Of a stretch of 64,000 nucleotides of DNA, positions 13,701 through 26,999 are shown one piece after another. Position numbers and translations under genes: made by a program. This DNA is from Octopus sinensis. Its lineage: Eukaryota. Location of the stretch: NCBI RefSeq assembly GCF_006345805.1, contig NC_043000.1, positions 143,964,001 to 144,028,000 of the forward strand, read 5' to 3'. The notes under the pieces were generated by a model that worked only from the letters and a program-made list of their open reading frames with translations, made no database searches and had not been told where the DNA came from. The stretch's first letter is position 1, and every line of letters begins with the position of its first letter.

Positions 13701-15877
13701 CCTTGTGCTTCCCACGTTACAATTATATCAACAACTTTTTTTCCACCTGAATAAATATTTGCATATTCTCATCTCCAACCAACACAGTACCCTGTGCAAA
13801 TGATAGTTCTCTTCACTCCTCCTTAACCATCCACACATAAGTACGATTCAATTTTCAAGATGATATGAAGTGTGAGAATCTCTCATCAGTTTTATTTTTA
13901 AATGTCAATACATGATACATAACTTGTACTTAAAAAATTCCAGTACATGGTACATTATTGTTAAGTAGTTAATAACTCTCACTTCCTATTCGCTATTTCT
14001 ATATCATTATTTTTCTTGTTTTCTCTCTCTCTCTAATATTATATTTGATCCATTATTAACATACCGACATTTGAATGAATGGCTAAGATTTGAATATGAA
14101 TAATTGGAAAAGTTTAGAACCATACATATATTATTTGATTCTCACATTTAGGTATGCATTTATTTAATGTGCTTCTCTTTATATGACGCACAGTTCCCTT
14201 TTGAGAGGATGGTAGGTGCACCAGTGTACTAAGTTGCATTTAGCAATATTTAGTTTGTTGCATATTTTCGGATGAACTTCGCGGCTGAGGACCTTGGTAA
14301 ACCCTACATAAGCACCACACTTACTCTTCCACAAGAAGCCAAACATAAAACAAAACTCACTAGTGAATTCCCTTTCCTTTCCTGTAACATTCTTCGACCT
14401 TCGACTCTAAGTAAACCATTAGCTCTCGTAACACCAAAGAATTTTTGTCAGCGTAGAATTATATCCGTTCGAATAAGCTAAAGTTTCTAGTCGTTACGAT
14501 TTGAAATTCGTGTGGTGATTATCTTCTGATTAAAACATGAATAATGGGGCGAGGATTTATAACATGAATTCCCTATCTAAATTTACTAAGATCTTAGATT
14601 ATTATTTTCTGGAAAGTAAATCAGCTTTCAATGACATTCCCATCAAGATTATCTCACACGAATTTCGTAGTAGAAGTACCGGGAACAGTAGAAGTAAGGT
14701 TATGGAACAGCAATATATGACGGGAATGCAAAATAGATGTGTGAGAAACAACCTAAATGGAACTAGCATTATGTTATTTAGCCTCAATTTAGACTTCATG
14801 AAGCTGACCTATGATAAAATTTAATATAGTTTCAAAGCATCCTTCCCTTTTGCTTCTGGCTTAATATATCTAATGTGTCCTAATTTAAAAGTCAGATTGT
14901 GCAATGGAGAGATATTTTCTTGTTAATTCTTACAATTGAGCTATCACATACAAGCTTTTAACAACGGCTTGAGGCTCAGGTGTTCATTATTGGCGGTACG
15001 GTAAATTTAAAAGTTTGGGAATATATTAAATTCGCTGATTATGTAAATAAAATATTTGCAATACATTTCGAAGTTAATTGCTTGCAGGATAAGTTTTTAA
15101 AACCCATTTACATAATTAAATGACACATCTCGAAAATATATACACAACATAGCAACTCTTTTACTGCCGTTTAAACTACATGAAACTGCCGATACATTTA
15201 CATTTCAGCTCTCTTTCTTTCATTCTTTCACTCTTTCCTAATCTCTGGCTTTTCTTTATCTTCCTCTTTTCTTTCTATTCGCAGCTACATGAGCATGTTG
15301 TATGTGCGCATTTTGAAAATTGGTGGTGTTTACCAGTAAGCAAACCTTCATTAATTCGTGAGCAAAGTTTATTCTGTAATATGCGTTACCATGTGTTCAA
15401 AGACAACAAGAATCTATATAAAATATTCGCAGAGAATGGAATACAACAATATGTCAGATAGAGTGGTTACACGTATATGCTAGCAAATGCATGCTGCCAT
15501 GTATTGATACCTCCACACATATATAGAAACTCAGACGCACGAGCGCAATGACACGTATACATACACATCGTTGAAAAATAATATTGCTTCCTCAATATAC
15601 ACAATGATACGTACATATATAGATATATAGTTGCATTTCATTTTGGAAATTTCGTTTCCGCAATGTATACATGGAAGCACAGCAACACTCACGCATGACT
15701 TTACATACATATGAGTATATGTATGAGCTATAAATACATGCCAGTGTACGATTTCGCATATGAGGTAGCAGATCGATAGAGAAATCAACGTAGACGTAAC
15801 AGTATTGATCTTAACACGTCCACACACATACACATATATGCATATATAGAAATACATTGATAAACAGAAAGACTGAC

Positions 15878-15924
<47 letters not shown>

Positions 15925-16099
15925 TCTTCATATACAAGTATTTATATATAAAAACATCTATCTATCCATCCAATTATGCATACTTACATATATATGTATA
16001 AAAACACACGCACTCTCACATACACCCACACATATATCACCGCACACAAACATATGTGTAACTTCTCTCTCTCTCTCTCTCTCTGTCACACACACAAAC

Positions 16100-16151
<52 letters not shown>

Positions 16152-16712
16152 ATATATATATATATATATTCGTATATTTTATCAAATGTTGAGATAAGAT
16201 TTATTTCCTTTTTAAGAAGATTTACATAATTAATATCAGAAATCATTGGGCAGGCGTATAAAGTATCAAGATAGTAACAATTGCTAATAGATTAGCGAAG
16301 TTAAGGAATATTGAATGCCACAAAAATATTGACAGAAACTTAAATGCATACAGATCATATTTTTTTTCTTCTTCTTTCAAAGAGGGGAAAAAGTGATGGT
16401 TGTTTGTGTTGTGATTTTAAGTTGCTTTACCAATAATATTTGGAATGTTATAAAACCTTTATCGAACATTGGTTTTCACATCTTGGAAATGTTCAATAGA
16501 TTTACACAAACAGAAGTAGACATATACATATAAATACACATGCACTAATTTGCATAAACGCACGGTTAGATACAACTCAGTATGTGAACGGAGAACAATA
16601 TATACGCATATGTGAAAATATACATATATAATAAATATATACATATATGAATGCATATATATATATATACATATATATATATACATATATTATATATATA
16701 TATATATATATA

Positions 16713-16743
<31 letters not shown>

Positions 16744-18267
16744 AATGAATGCAAATATGTATATATATGTGTGTGTTTGTGCAAATGTACATCATACATA
16801 TAAATTGTATATATAGATACACACACTTTACCAGCGTACACTCACACACACACAAACGCACACACAAACACACACACATACACACACACACACACACACA
16901 TAGTTATTTCTACTATTAGCCAAAGGTCAGAATTTGTAGGGTACGGTCATGGTACAGAAAAAAGAGAATCGACTCCATTGAAAATTAATAAATATCTTAT
17001 TGTCTGCGGTGGCATGGAAGGTAAAATCCACTTGGCATGATTTGAACTCTAAACAGTGAGGGAGAAATCTAATTACTTACATTCAATAATAGTTTCGGGC
17101 TCTGCTGATTCGAACAGAAACATCAAGTTTAATTTTAATAATACTTATTGTAATCTAAATGATATTAGCGCATGTGCATGCATATATACACGCACATTTA
17201 TACACATATAAATTTTCATTTATATGTATACGTATATATCTATACGCACATGTATACGCAAACCAAAATATATAGAAACATTTATACATACATGCATACA
17301 TACAGGCATGCATGCCTGCATACATACATACGTGCATACATACATTGCACTACATGATTAATAGTAATACAGTATTAGAAAACGTATACATGTGTGTTTG
17401 TGTGCACGTGTGTGTGTGTGTGTGGTGTGTGTGTGTGTATGTGTGTGTGTGTGTGTGTTTGTGTGTAAATTTGCTTGTAACTTTGTACATTCAAAGCCAC
17501 TATACCCAGCGGAAATTCTTCCAAGTTCTGGGCCTTGATTCTTTTGTGAATTAGGTTAAGAATTATCAGTTATAAGTCTTAATTTGAGCTGACCTACGTT
17601 GAACAAAAGCAACAAAACCTAGAAGTACATGCGTATAAACATACGGAGCCAGTACAAAAAAGTTTCTCAGTGCTTCTTTTACTCCTATAAACTATAAATA
17701 AAGCCAAGCTTGATCGAAACAGAGAAACCTTTTGAAGAAGAAATAACAGATATAAAAAAAAAATTGTAGTCGTGGTTATATTGTTAGTAAAACTATGTTG
17801 CCAAGTTCATAGAGAGGATTGATTAGGCTGCTGATTTGCACTTCAATATAATCACACACATAAACACACACACACACACACACACACATACACACATACA
17901 CGCACGCACACACACAAACCTATACACGCACGCACACACACGCACATAAGTGTTTTGAAATATTGCTTAATATTAAAGCAAATATAACATTTAGAATTAT
18001 CGTGTTTTAGCGCCTTATCTAGGTTATTTATTAGATGTGTTCAATTAGCAAGCTTATATCCTGTATATCAGCAGCAAACATGAATAGGTCGGTCATGGCT
18101 CGAACCATTATTCGCCTAAAGAGAGCTCATTTGCAGAATAACAGCAAAAACATTAAAATATTCTCAGAATCAGAAAAACTCAGAAAAACATTGTATGTAT
18201 ATAAGATAAAAGCTTGCTAAATATATGTGACTAGATGATTATACTGTTAACATATAATATACAACTT

Positions 18268-18490
18268 TTTACTCTCTCTTTACTCTGTTACTTGTCTCAG
18301 TCATTTGACTGCGGCCATGCTGGAGCAGCACCTTTAGTCGAGCAAATCGACCCCTGGACTTATTCTTTGTAAGCCCAGTACTTATTCTATCAGTCCTTTT
18401 TGCCGAACCGCTAAGTGACGGGGACGTAAACACACCAACATCGGTTGTCAAGCGATGGTTGGGGACAAACAAAGACACACAAACATATAT

Positions 18491-18568
<78 letters not shown>

Positions 18569-18716
18569 TACGACAGGTTTCTTTCAGTTTCCGTCTACCA
18601 AATCCACTCACAAGGCATTGGTTGGCCCGAGGCTATAGCAGAATACACTTGCCGAAGATGCCACGTAGTGGGACTGAACCCGGAACCATGTGGTTGGTAA
18701 GCAACTCCTACGCCTA
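18268..18716 (-). mobile_element. SINE family B, full length
   Basis: Reverse complement of the 9971 copy, including the internal microsatellite. Confidence 0.9.
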
Positions 18717-19402
18717 GGACGTTTTCCTAATTTAGTATTTTTAAGTGATGGAAACACTTTCAAAGACCTCGATTAGCGCCCCAGCCAGCACTCAATCTTT
18801 AAGTTTCATTGTTGTAGTTGACCTATTCACATATTGGTGGAATTGACTATAGATAAGTAGGTGCCATTGATAGGAGTATCAGAGCAGTAGATTGTTAAAA
18901 GCCTCTGGGAAAATGTTTTGCAAAATTACTTCCGAATATTTAAAAGCTGTGGCTGAATCCTACTTGGGTTAACTTTCGTTTTATTCATCTGGTGAACAAT
19001 AAACAAAGTCCCACTTAAGTGGACAAACTATTCCTAAAGAGTTGCTGATTTTTACTTAAATTTCAAACAGGTTTTCTGGGCATATTCTAGCACAATATAA
19101 CAGCTATGTACTTCAGTATCTAACGTTACACTACCTTGCCGTCATACTGAGACAATATGACCAAGATTATGATACAGTCTCCTTTAACCAAAGTAACATC
19201 AACTAAGAAAATAATGTCTGCCGTAATTATTTTACATGTAAGACATATATATATATATATATATATTCTACATTGAGAGAAGGACGAGATGGACGCTTCA
19301 TTTTTGTGCTGTTGCCGCATTATGTCGTACGTGAATGAGAGGATTTTCATCGCCAACGTAGAATTTCTGATGTAATACATGTCCTTGGGGTAGTAATTGT
19401 GC

Positions 19403-19480
19403 GCGGCTGAAGAAGGCCATAGACACACATTATGCATTGTTATAAATCCGTCTAATAAAGGCCCGAAACATATGTACCGC
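19403..19480 (+). ncRNA. Candidate minimal type I hammerhead ribozyme
   Basis: GCGG-CUGAAGA-AGGCC...GGCCC-GAA-ACAUAUGU-A-CCGC: stem I GCGG/CCGC, both core motifs intact, stem II GGCC/GGCC, palindromic helix III, GUA cleavage triplet. Confidence 0.7.
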
Positions 19481-20078
19481 TGAATCCTTGGCATCATGTT
19501 TTTATTTTGATTAATTTACTCCACCACCTACACCACCAAAGGGTATATACAGGTGCTTACAATTATCAAGTACTCACCCTGATTTTCTATATATATATAT
19601 ATATAAATTGATGATACAAGGTAAAACAATTTGTGGAATGTTTTATGTCTTTATTACATATTTATAAATTTTTGCACATTTTTTATAACAATGCCATGGT
19701 TGACTTCTCATAATTGCGGTTATATATCTGCAGCAGAATATTATATATTCTTAATGTATATACAAGTATATTCGTACGTATATGTACATGTATGCGCAAG
19801 TATATATCCGTTTTATACAGATATGTGTGTGTGTGATTGTGTACGTGTATAAGGTTAAATGCAGATACACATACAGACTCCAAGTATGTTGGTATGCATC
19901 TCTAGATATTCTCGTAAATATTTGGAATGCAAACAATAGGAAATTGTAGGACGGTATCGTTTGTTTCCATAAGGGTATGAATTCGTGCGTGTCTGTTTAT
20001 AAATATTACATGTTTACATAAATATAAATGCATACATAAATACATATAGATGAATTATATAAGTTATATATGTGTATA

Positions 20079-20377
20079 GGAGGCGCAATTGCCCAGTGGT
20101 TAGGGCAGCGGACTCGGGGTCGTAGAATCGGTGTTACGATTCCCAGACCGGGCGTTGTGAGTGTTTATTGAGGGAAAACACCTAAAGCTCCACCTGGGGT
20201 GGCGATCCCTGCTGTACTCTTTCGTCACAACTTTCTCTCACTCTTTCTTCTGTTGTCCTGCTCGCTTAGCCAGCTGGGTGGCGTCATTTGAAGGCTAAAA
20301 CAATGTGAAGCGCATTGTGACCCGCGATGTGTAGCAACATCTTGATGGCCTGGTCGGTGACATTGACGGTGACAGTA
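20079..20377 (+). mobile_element. SINE family C head/body with an alternative 3' tail
   Basis: Matches family C up to ~20254, then diverges. Probable 13-bp TSD atatatgtgtata/atatatgagtata. Confidence 0.8.
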
Positions 20378-20489
20378 ATATATGAGTATAAGTGTGTGTC
20401 TATGTGAGTGTGTAAAGGTACACCTATTTTTGCATACATATATTTGTATATATAATATGTATATATATATGTATGATAGTATATATATA

Positions 20490-20532
<43 letters not shown>

Positions 20533-20943
20533 AACACACACATACATATACATTATGTGATTTACACTACGATCGGTCTTTGTATGTGTGGTGAGTTTGT
20601 AAAGAAATGGAGAGCACGAGAAAAATATAGAGAGCAATGCAGGACAAATAACAATTTGAAACTATTTGAATATTATATATTTAGCTAGTAATGATAATAC
20701 GAGATGCGGCATACATTTTTTTTTATATGGAAATGGTTTCCCGTCACAGAAGTTGCTAAGTCAATTTTCCCCAGGTACGTATTTAAAAGAGGCAATTACA
20801 TCTTTTTTTATTCACGCACGCCTGAAAGCAATATAATTATATATTTAAATGCTCATACGCATAAACGTCAGTGTACGTCTCCGTAATATATAAGTGTATG
20901 CTTGACGGTGTGTATTAGTTTATCTACACATAACTATAAATGT

Positions 20944-20993
<50 letters not shown>

Positions 20994-21704
20994 GTATGTA
21001 TATACATATATATATATATATATATGCATACATACACATATATTTACATATAAATGTATATGCATACATACATATATATATATACATTCATACATACATA
21101 TATACATAAAGAGAAAGAGAGAAAGAGAGAGAAAGAGCTAAAGTAAAAGTGATGGGGAGAAAGAGAAAATGCAAGATCTTGATAGAGGGGAAATATGGTA
21201 AAGAGAATAAAATAAAGGAAACACCAAGGCTACTTCAGATAATTTCACAATACAATTTATTGTGTTAGTACTTAGAGTCTTAGAAAAGCCCACTTTTTAC
21301 GTTTCAGATAGTATTAGTCTTCGGAATATGGGGCAGATTGTGAAGAGCCAATGAAAGATGAGGAGTACAGGATAAAAAAATGAATGAAGGGAATATGAAT
21401 TTCAATCCAAGCTAGTTTGTCGCGAGATAATAATGGCGTTGCCTGCTCTGGAAAGAATGAAATATTGTCATATAGGTAGACTGGAGGAAAGAAAACTTGA
21501 GAGGATTGTAATAAAGTGGGGTAGGGAAAGGCTGTCAAATTAGAAGTCTGTAAGAACTCTTTCATATGTCTATCAATCTATCTGTCTATCTATCTATATA
21601 TCTAGTTATCGATCTATCTATCTATCTTCCTTTCTTTCTATCTGTTTATCTATCTATATATGTATCTATCTATGTATCTATGTATGTATCTATCTATCTA
21701 TCTA

Positions 21705-21751
<47 letters not shown>

Positions 21752-22770
21752 ATATATATATATATATATATATTTATACATATATATATATGCATGTATA
21801 CGCTTATATAAAGGAATGTATATGTGTGTGTGTGTGTTTTAACATGTGCTTTTGCGATTTTGCCCCGCCTTCATTTATACTATGCGTATGTGTATGTGTA
21901 TGTGTGTGTGTGGTTATGTACATGCAGGTCTATTTGTCTATGTTTGTACCCTGCTGTTGTTAATGTAGCTATTAACTCACTTGCAATCCGTATTTGAACC
22001 GACATATCAGGCCCGTTCCTACCGTAATCATCACTTGCTTTTATATTGTTTTACAACGTGCAGAGTTTCTGTGAAACAAGTAGTGTGTTTCGCTGCGGAT
22101 TCGGCTACTCATATTATAAGGACTCGTGACAGACGAGAGAGTATTTCTTCTTGGTTCAAGTCTGTTCATTAATATGAATAGGAAGACCATCTCAAAATAC
22201 TCCAGTATTCCGATGAACGACGAAATGTAGAACAATACAAGTGTGTGTGTGCGTAGATTATTTGAGTGTTTCACTGTCTCTAGGCGTAGTATTTGGAAAT
22301 TAATAATTGATTGGTTGAACAGATGTACATTCATAAAACTCTGATGAAAGAATAGCAAAATCGACCTTTACTATCATTGATCGCTGTCATGTGAAACACC
22401 AAAAGTAAAATGTCATATATCTAGATCTTCTTCATCCTTTGCTTGCTTCGCTCGTCATATGTGTTAGACACTAATATCCTCACCTGCTGACCCTGAAGAG
22501 ATAACAAGGATAGCAGCATGTTACCGGTATATAACACACTATATTTCAAATCCCATTGGCACCGACCAACGTACGCACACACACACAAACATTACACTTA
22601 CACACCGCTCAAACATATCCATGCACAAACGCACAAATAACCACACATTAGCTCTCTCACAGACGCGCTCATTTATAAATCAGATATAAGTGTGATAGAA
22701 TCGCACCAGATTTAACAGTGTGTGTAGAGATATGTTTATATATATAAATATATTTATCTCTCTCTCGCTA

Positions 22771-22811
<41 letters not shown>

Positions 22812-22979
22812 GATCGATCTATCTATCTATCTATCTATATATATATATTATATATATAATATATATATATATATATCTTCTTCTTTCTCTCTCGCTCTCT
22901 CTCTCTCTATATATATATTATTATATGTATATATATATACATATATACATACATATGTTATATATACATATATTATATA

Positions 22980-23020
<41 letters not shown>

Positions 23021-23039
23021 TTACTCCTGTATATGCTTC

Positions 23040-23220
23040 TGTCATTTAACCTAGACCATAGTGGAGCACAGCCTTAAAGAGTTTCTAGTCGAAAATATAG
23101 GCAGCAAGACTTATACTTCGTGAACATTGTACTAATTCTATGGGTCTTTTTTGCCGAACTCTAAGTAACTGGGACGTAAACACACAACCATCGGTATACC
23201 AAATCCACTCACACGGGCAT
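23040..23220 (-). mobile_element. Degenerate SINE B fragment
   Basis: tttttgccgaactctaagtaactgggacgtaaacacac matches the B 3' module. Confidence 0.7.
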
Positions 23221-24399
23221 AGTAAAATAAACTTGATTACTGTACCACAATGTGGTTGAAAAGCAAAGAGGAAAAAAAAAAAAAATATATATATATACGT
23301 GTATGTGTGTGTGGGGGGGTAGGTAGGTGCTTGTGTGTGTATGTGTATATATATATGTAGAAAGTGAGAGAGTGTAAGACAAATGCACATACACAAATGC
23401 ACACACAAGTACACACGTAACAGGACTTAATTATTCTTCATTTCCTCTCTTGTTTAGGTAGAATTTTGAATGTTCTGCGCATAGAACTGCGCACTTTATA
23501 ATTTCTTTTTTTCTGCCTGATTTTACTTGATAATAAAACATTGTTTTCCAATATGAATATTTTCCTGTACTGGATTGTTATTCCGTATATTTATTCTCAA
23601 GTAAGAGATATAAACATTAGCGTTACTTTGTTCCTGGCCTTCACATCCAAGGTCTCATCACAGATTGATTTCTTGCAAAGTTAATGATTCTGCTGAAATG
23701 ACACCAACTCCTCCATAAAATTGCACCGTGTCATCTTGAAAAGGAACTCATTTGATAATTTGGCCCCGTGTAAACTATTCCCGATTGGATTGTATTAGTG
23801 GTTACGTATTTTATCTATGTTCTAATCGACCAGATATTCGAAGTATAAACAATTATATACAACACAACATCAAGACCAGTAACCAGAGAGATAAAAGAAC
23901 GAGTGCCCCGAGTTCAAATCAAACTTTGGTCAATGTGCACATTCAAGAGAAGAGTGTAAAGCAAAGATCAATTATCGATCTGATCAACAGTTTTCTGTAG
24001 ATATTAACAGCTAAAATAAATGAAACAGATAATTAATAGCTTAATTATCGTGATAAATTATCGATATTCCATGGCTATAAAGGTACACAACTGCGACTGA
24101 CATTATATCAAGGAGTCTAGAGTAGTTTACATCATGGATTTGGATAAGGAAATTAATAGCGTGATTACAGTGAGATACACATATACAGTAGATACACAAG
24201 TAGATACACACATACACAGACACACCTCCCACACACAGAAAACAAAATTTAACAAACACCACAATAACAAAGTATATAAGTATATATAATTGATATAATA
24301 TCTAAAAGTCTTGTAGGTATATCGTAGAGAGCACATATCCATCCGTAGAATGTACATAAGGCACATATATTGTTATGTGGCAAGAAATTCGCTTCCCAA

Positions 24400-24935
24400 C
24401 AATACAGTTCTGTTTCCACCTGCATTGCGTGGCACCGTAGGCAAGCGTCTGTTCTTATAGCGTTTGGTTGATTACAGTCTTGTGGGTGGATCTTGTAAAC
24501 GAAAGCAGAAAGAAGCCTAAAAGAAACCATATGTATATATCTATTCGTGTATGTACATATATATATGTGTACCGTTGGCGATTATTTTCCTCTGTCTTCC
24601 CTTCTCTGGATCTTTCCTTCTCCTATGTTTCCAACGAAGAGCTCCGCTCGAAACGTTAAACCCTCATGCTTTCCTTCTTTCCTGAGCGTCCAATAATACT
24701 ATATTTGTTCCACGTCCTCGCGTTGTTGTGTTTTTTTGTGGGGTTTTTTTGTGTGTGTTTTCTTTGGATTAACTTTATATATATATATATATATTTACAC
24801 GCAACTTAGCGGTTCGGTTCAAAGAACTGATACAGTAAGTTCCAGTTCACCCTAAGGCCGATTCTATCGCTAAAACTCATCAAAGTCGTACTCCCTCTTG
24901 GCTGCAGAGTCTAAAAACTGAAACAAGTAAAAGCT
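24400..24935 (+). mobile_element. Degenerate SINE B interrupted in its internal microsatellite
   Basis: 5' part (gcgtggcaccgtaggcaag...agaaagaagcc) at ~24400-24530; 3' module (acttagcggttcgg...actgaaacaagtaaaag) at ~24800-24935. Confidence 0.65.
24572..24778 (+). mobile_element. Penelope-like fragment with hammerhead relic
   Basis: gttt-ccaacga-a-gagc-tcc-gctc-gaaa-cgtt-aaac at 24627-24661. Ends in (TA)n. Confidence 0.55.
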
Positions 24936-25257
24936 AAAAGATATCTAACATGTCGAATATACAGGCATACACATTGAAATTTTTATGAAGTGATGTGACT
25001 TTTTCAGAGCGTTGACGTTCATGAACATTCTATGCGCACACGCACGCACGCACACACACATCTCCCCACATACATCTATGTGCGATTTTTTTTTATCAGT
25101 ACATGAAGGTTGAATATTAAAATTCACCACATATTACCTGAAGAGGTATGATACGGAGTTAAAGGCAGGTTGTCTCTCGTTCATTAAAATATATTGTAAT
25201 TTGAAAGATAACAGAGATTTCTTTTATATTTAGCATGCCATAAAATTGTCATACACA

Positions 25258-25677
25258 AGGCGGCGAGCTGGCAGAAATGTTACCACGACGGGCGAAATGC
25301 TTAGCGATATTTCGTCTGCCGCTACGTTCTGAGTTCAAATTCCGCCGAGATCGACTTTGCCTTTCATCCTTTCGGGGTCGATTAAATAAGTACAAGTTAC
25401 GCACTGGGGTCGATATAATCGACTGAATCTGTTTGTTTGTCCCCTCTGCGTGTAGCCCCTTGTCGACAGTAAAGGAATAAGGAACGTTAGCACGCCGGGA
25501 GAAATACTAAGCAGTATTTTGTCTGTCTTTATGTTTTGTGTTCAAATTCCGCCGAGTCGATTTTGCCTAACATCCTCTCGGGGTCGACAAATTAAGTACC
25601 AGTTACGTGCTGGAGTCGATCTAATTGACTGGCCCCTACCCCAAAATTTCAGGCCTTGTGCCTAGAGTAAAAAAGTA
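25258..25677 (+). mobile_element. SINE A alpha+beta dimer bracketed by one 16-bp TSD
   Basis: aaaattgtcatacaca at 25242-25257 and 25678-25693. Confidence 0.9.
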
Positions 25678-25749
25678 AAAATTGTCATACACAGACATGT
25701 ATATGTGTGTGTGCATGTGCTTGAGTGAGAAAGAGAGACAGAGAGAGGT

Positions 25750-25870
25750 TGCATGGTGATAGGATGTCACACGCATGATCGCGAGATCGTGGTTTCAAAA
25801 CGTAAACCGGGTAGTGTTTGTGTTCTTGAGGTAAACACTCCATCTCATGTTGCTGTGGGATCACTTCAAC
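25750..25870 (+). mobile_element. Degenerate family E SINE head
   Basis: catgatcgcgagatcgtggtttc...gtgttcttgag...catgttgc. Confidence 0.5.
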
Positions 25871-25976
25871 CGCTGGTGCGTATTATACCACGCACCTGTT
25901 CAGGCAACGTTGATTTCATTGAGAGAGAGAGACGGAGAGAGAGAGAGAGAGAGAGAGGGGAGAAAGAGAGAGAAAG

Positions 25977-26011
<35 letters not shown>

Positions 26012-26197
26012 CAGAGAGAGAGAGAGAGACTATGTACAAGACATTCATTTGTTAACTATGAACAAATCATCTGTGCAGGTTGTTTGGCGAAAGCTGAACG
26101 CTCATACGTCGTCATCGGCGGGCGAGTACTTCATGTGTGTGTGTATGTGTGCGTGCGTGTGTATATATGTGTCTGTGTGTGTTTGTGTGTGTATGTA

Positions 26198-26253
<56 letters not shown>

Positions 26254-26788
26254 CATGTATCCTTATATGCATATATGTTGTCTGCAATTATTTGATGACC
26301 ATCTACTTAATCATCATGAAATTAATAAATGACTGTCATAAAACCGTAATAGGTTACATCACAAGATGAAGCTGAAAATATCAAAAGACATTTACAAATC
26401 CCACAACTGATTTATTTAACATCTGCATTACATCAAACGATTCATAATAGCCGAGCTGGTAATTCGTTAACTTCTCTTGACAAAATGTTGGTATCACCTG
26501 TACGTACATTCGTAAAGCGGCCTGCTGATCCCCTCTTAATTTACAAATCCTTTTCTGTGTCAATGACTTCAGAATTATCACATTACATTAACCCAAGGAT
26601 ACTACCAACGTCATCGACTATGGGAAATTAGATTGATTGATAACGGATGGGTCATTTTATACGATACACTTGATTGGATTAACCCCTACAAGATATGGAG
26701 ACATAACTGCTGAAAAAGGCTATATACTAAACTTTATACTAAATAATGCTTTCCCATTGTATAAAGTTTAGCTATTGTTATTGGTTGT

Positions 26789-26999
26789 TTAACCCGTTAG
26801 TGTTCAGATTATTCTGTCAAATGTGATGTTTGTTTATTTATATAGTTTTGAATTAATCATGCATTATTTTGTAATTAGAGATTTAAGTTTTAGAATGACA
26901 TGGTAGGGCTGAGGTGAGAGGCGAGATCTGGTCAGTTTCAATATAAAACAGGTTAAGTATTTTGGCCAGATATGGCCGGATTGAATGCTAAAGGGTTAA
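26789..26999. mobile_element. piggyBac-type MITE
   Basis: TTAA-cccgttagtgttca...tgaatgctaaaggg-TTAA: TTAA TSD, CCC/GGG termini, short TIRs, no ORF. Confidence 0.75.

Noticed and set aside
13485-13860. ORFs at 13485-13803
   Set aside because: No recognisable motif, and stops occur in all extended frames.
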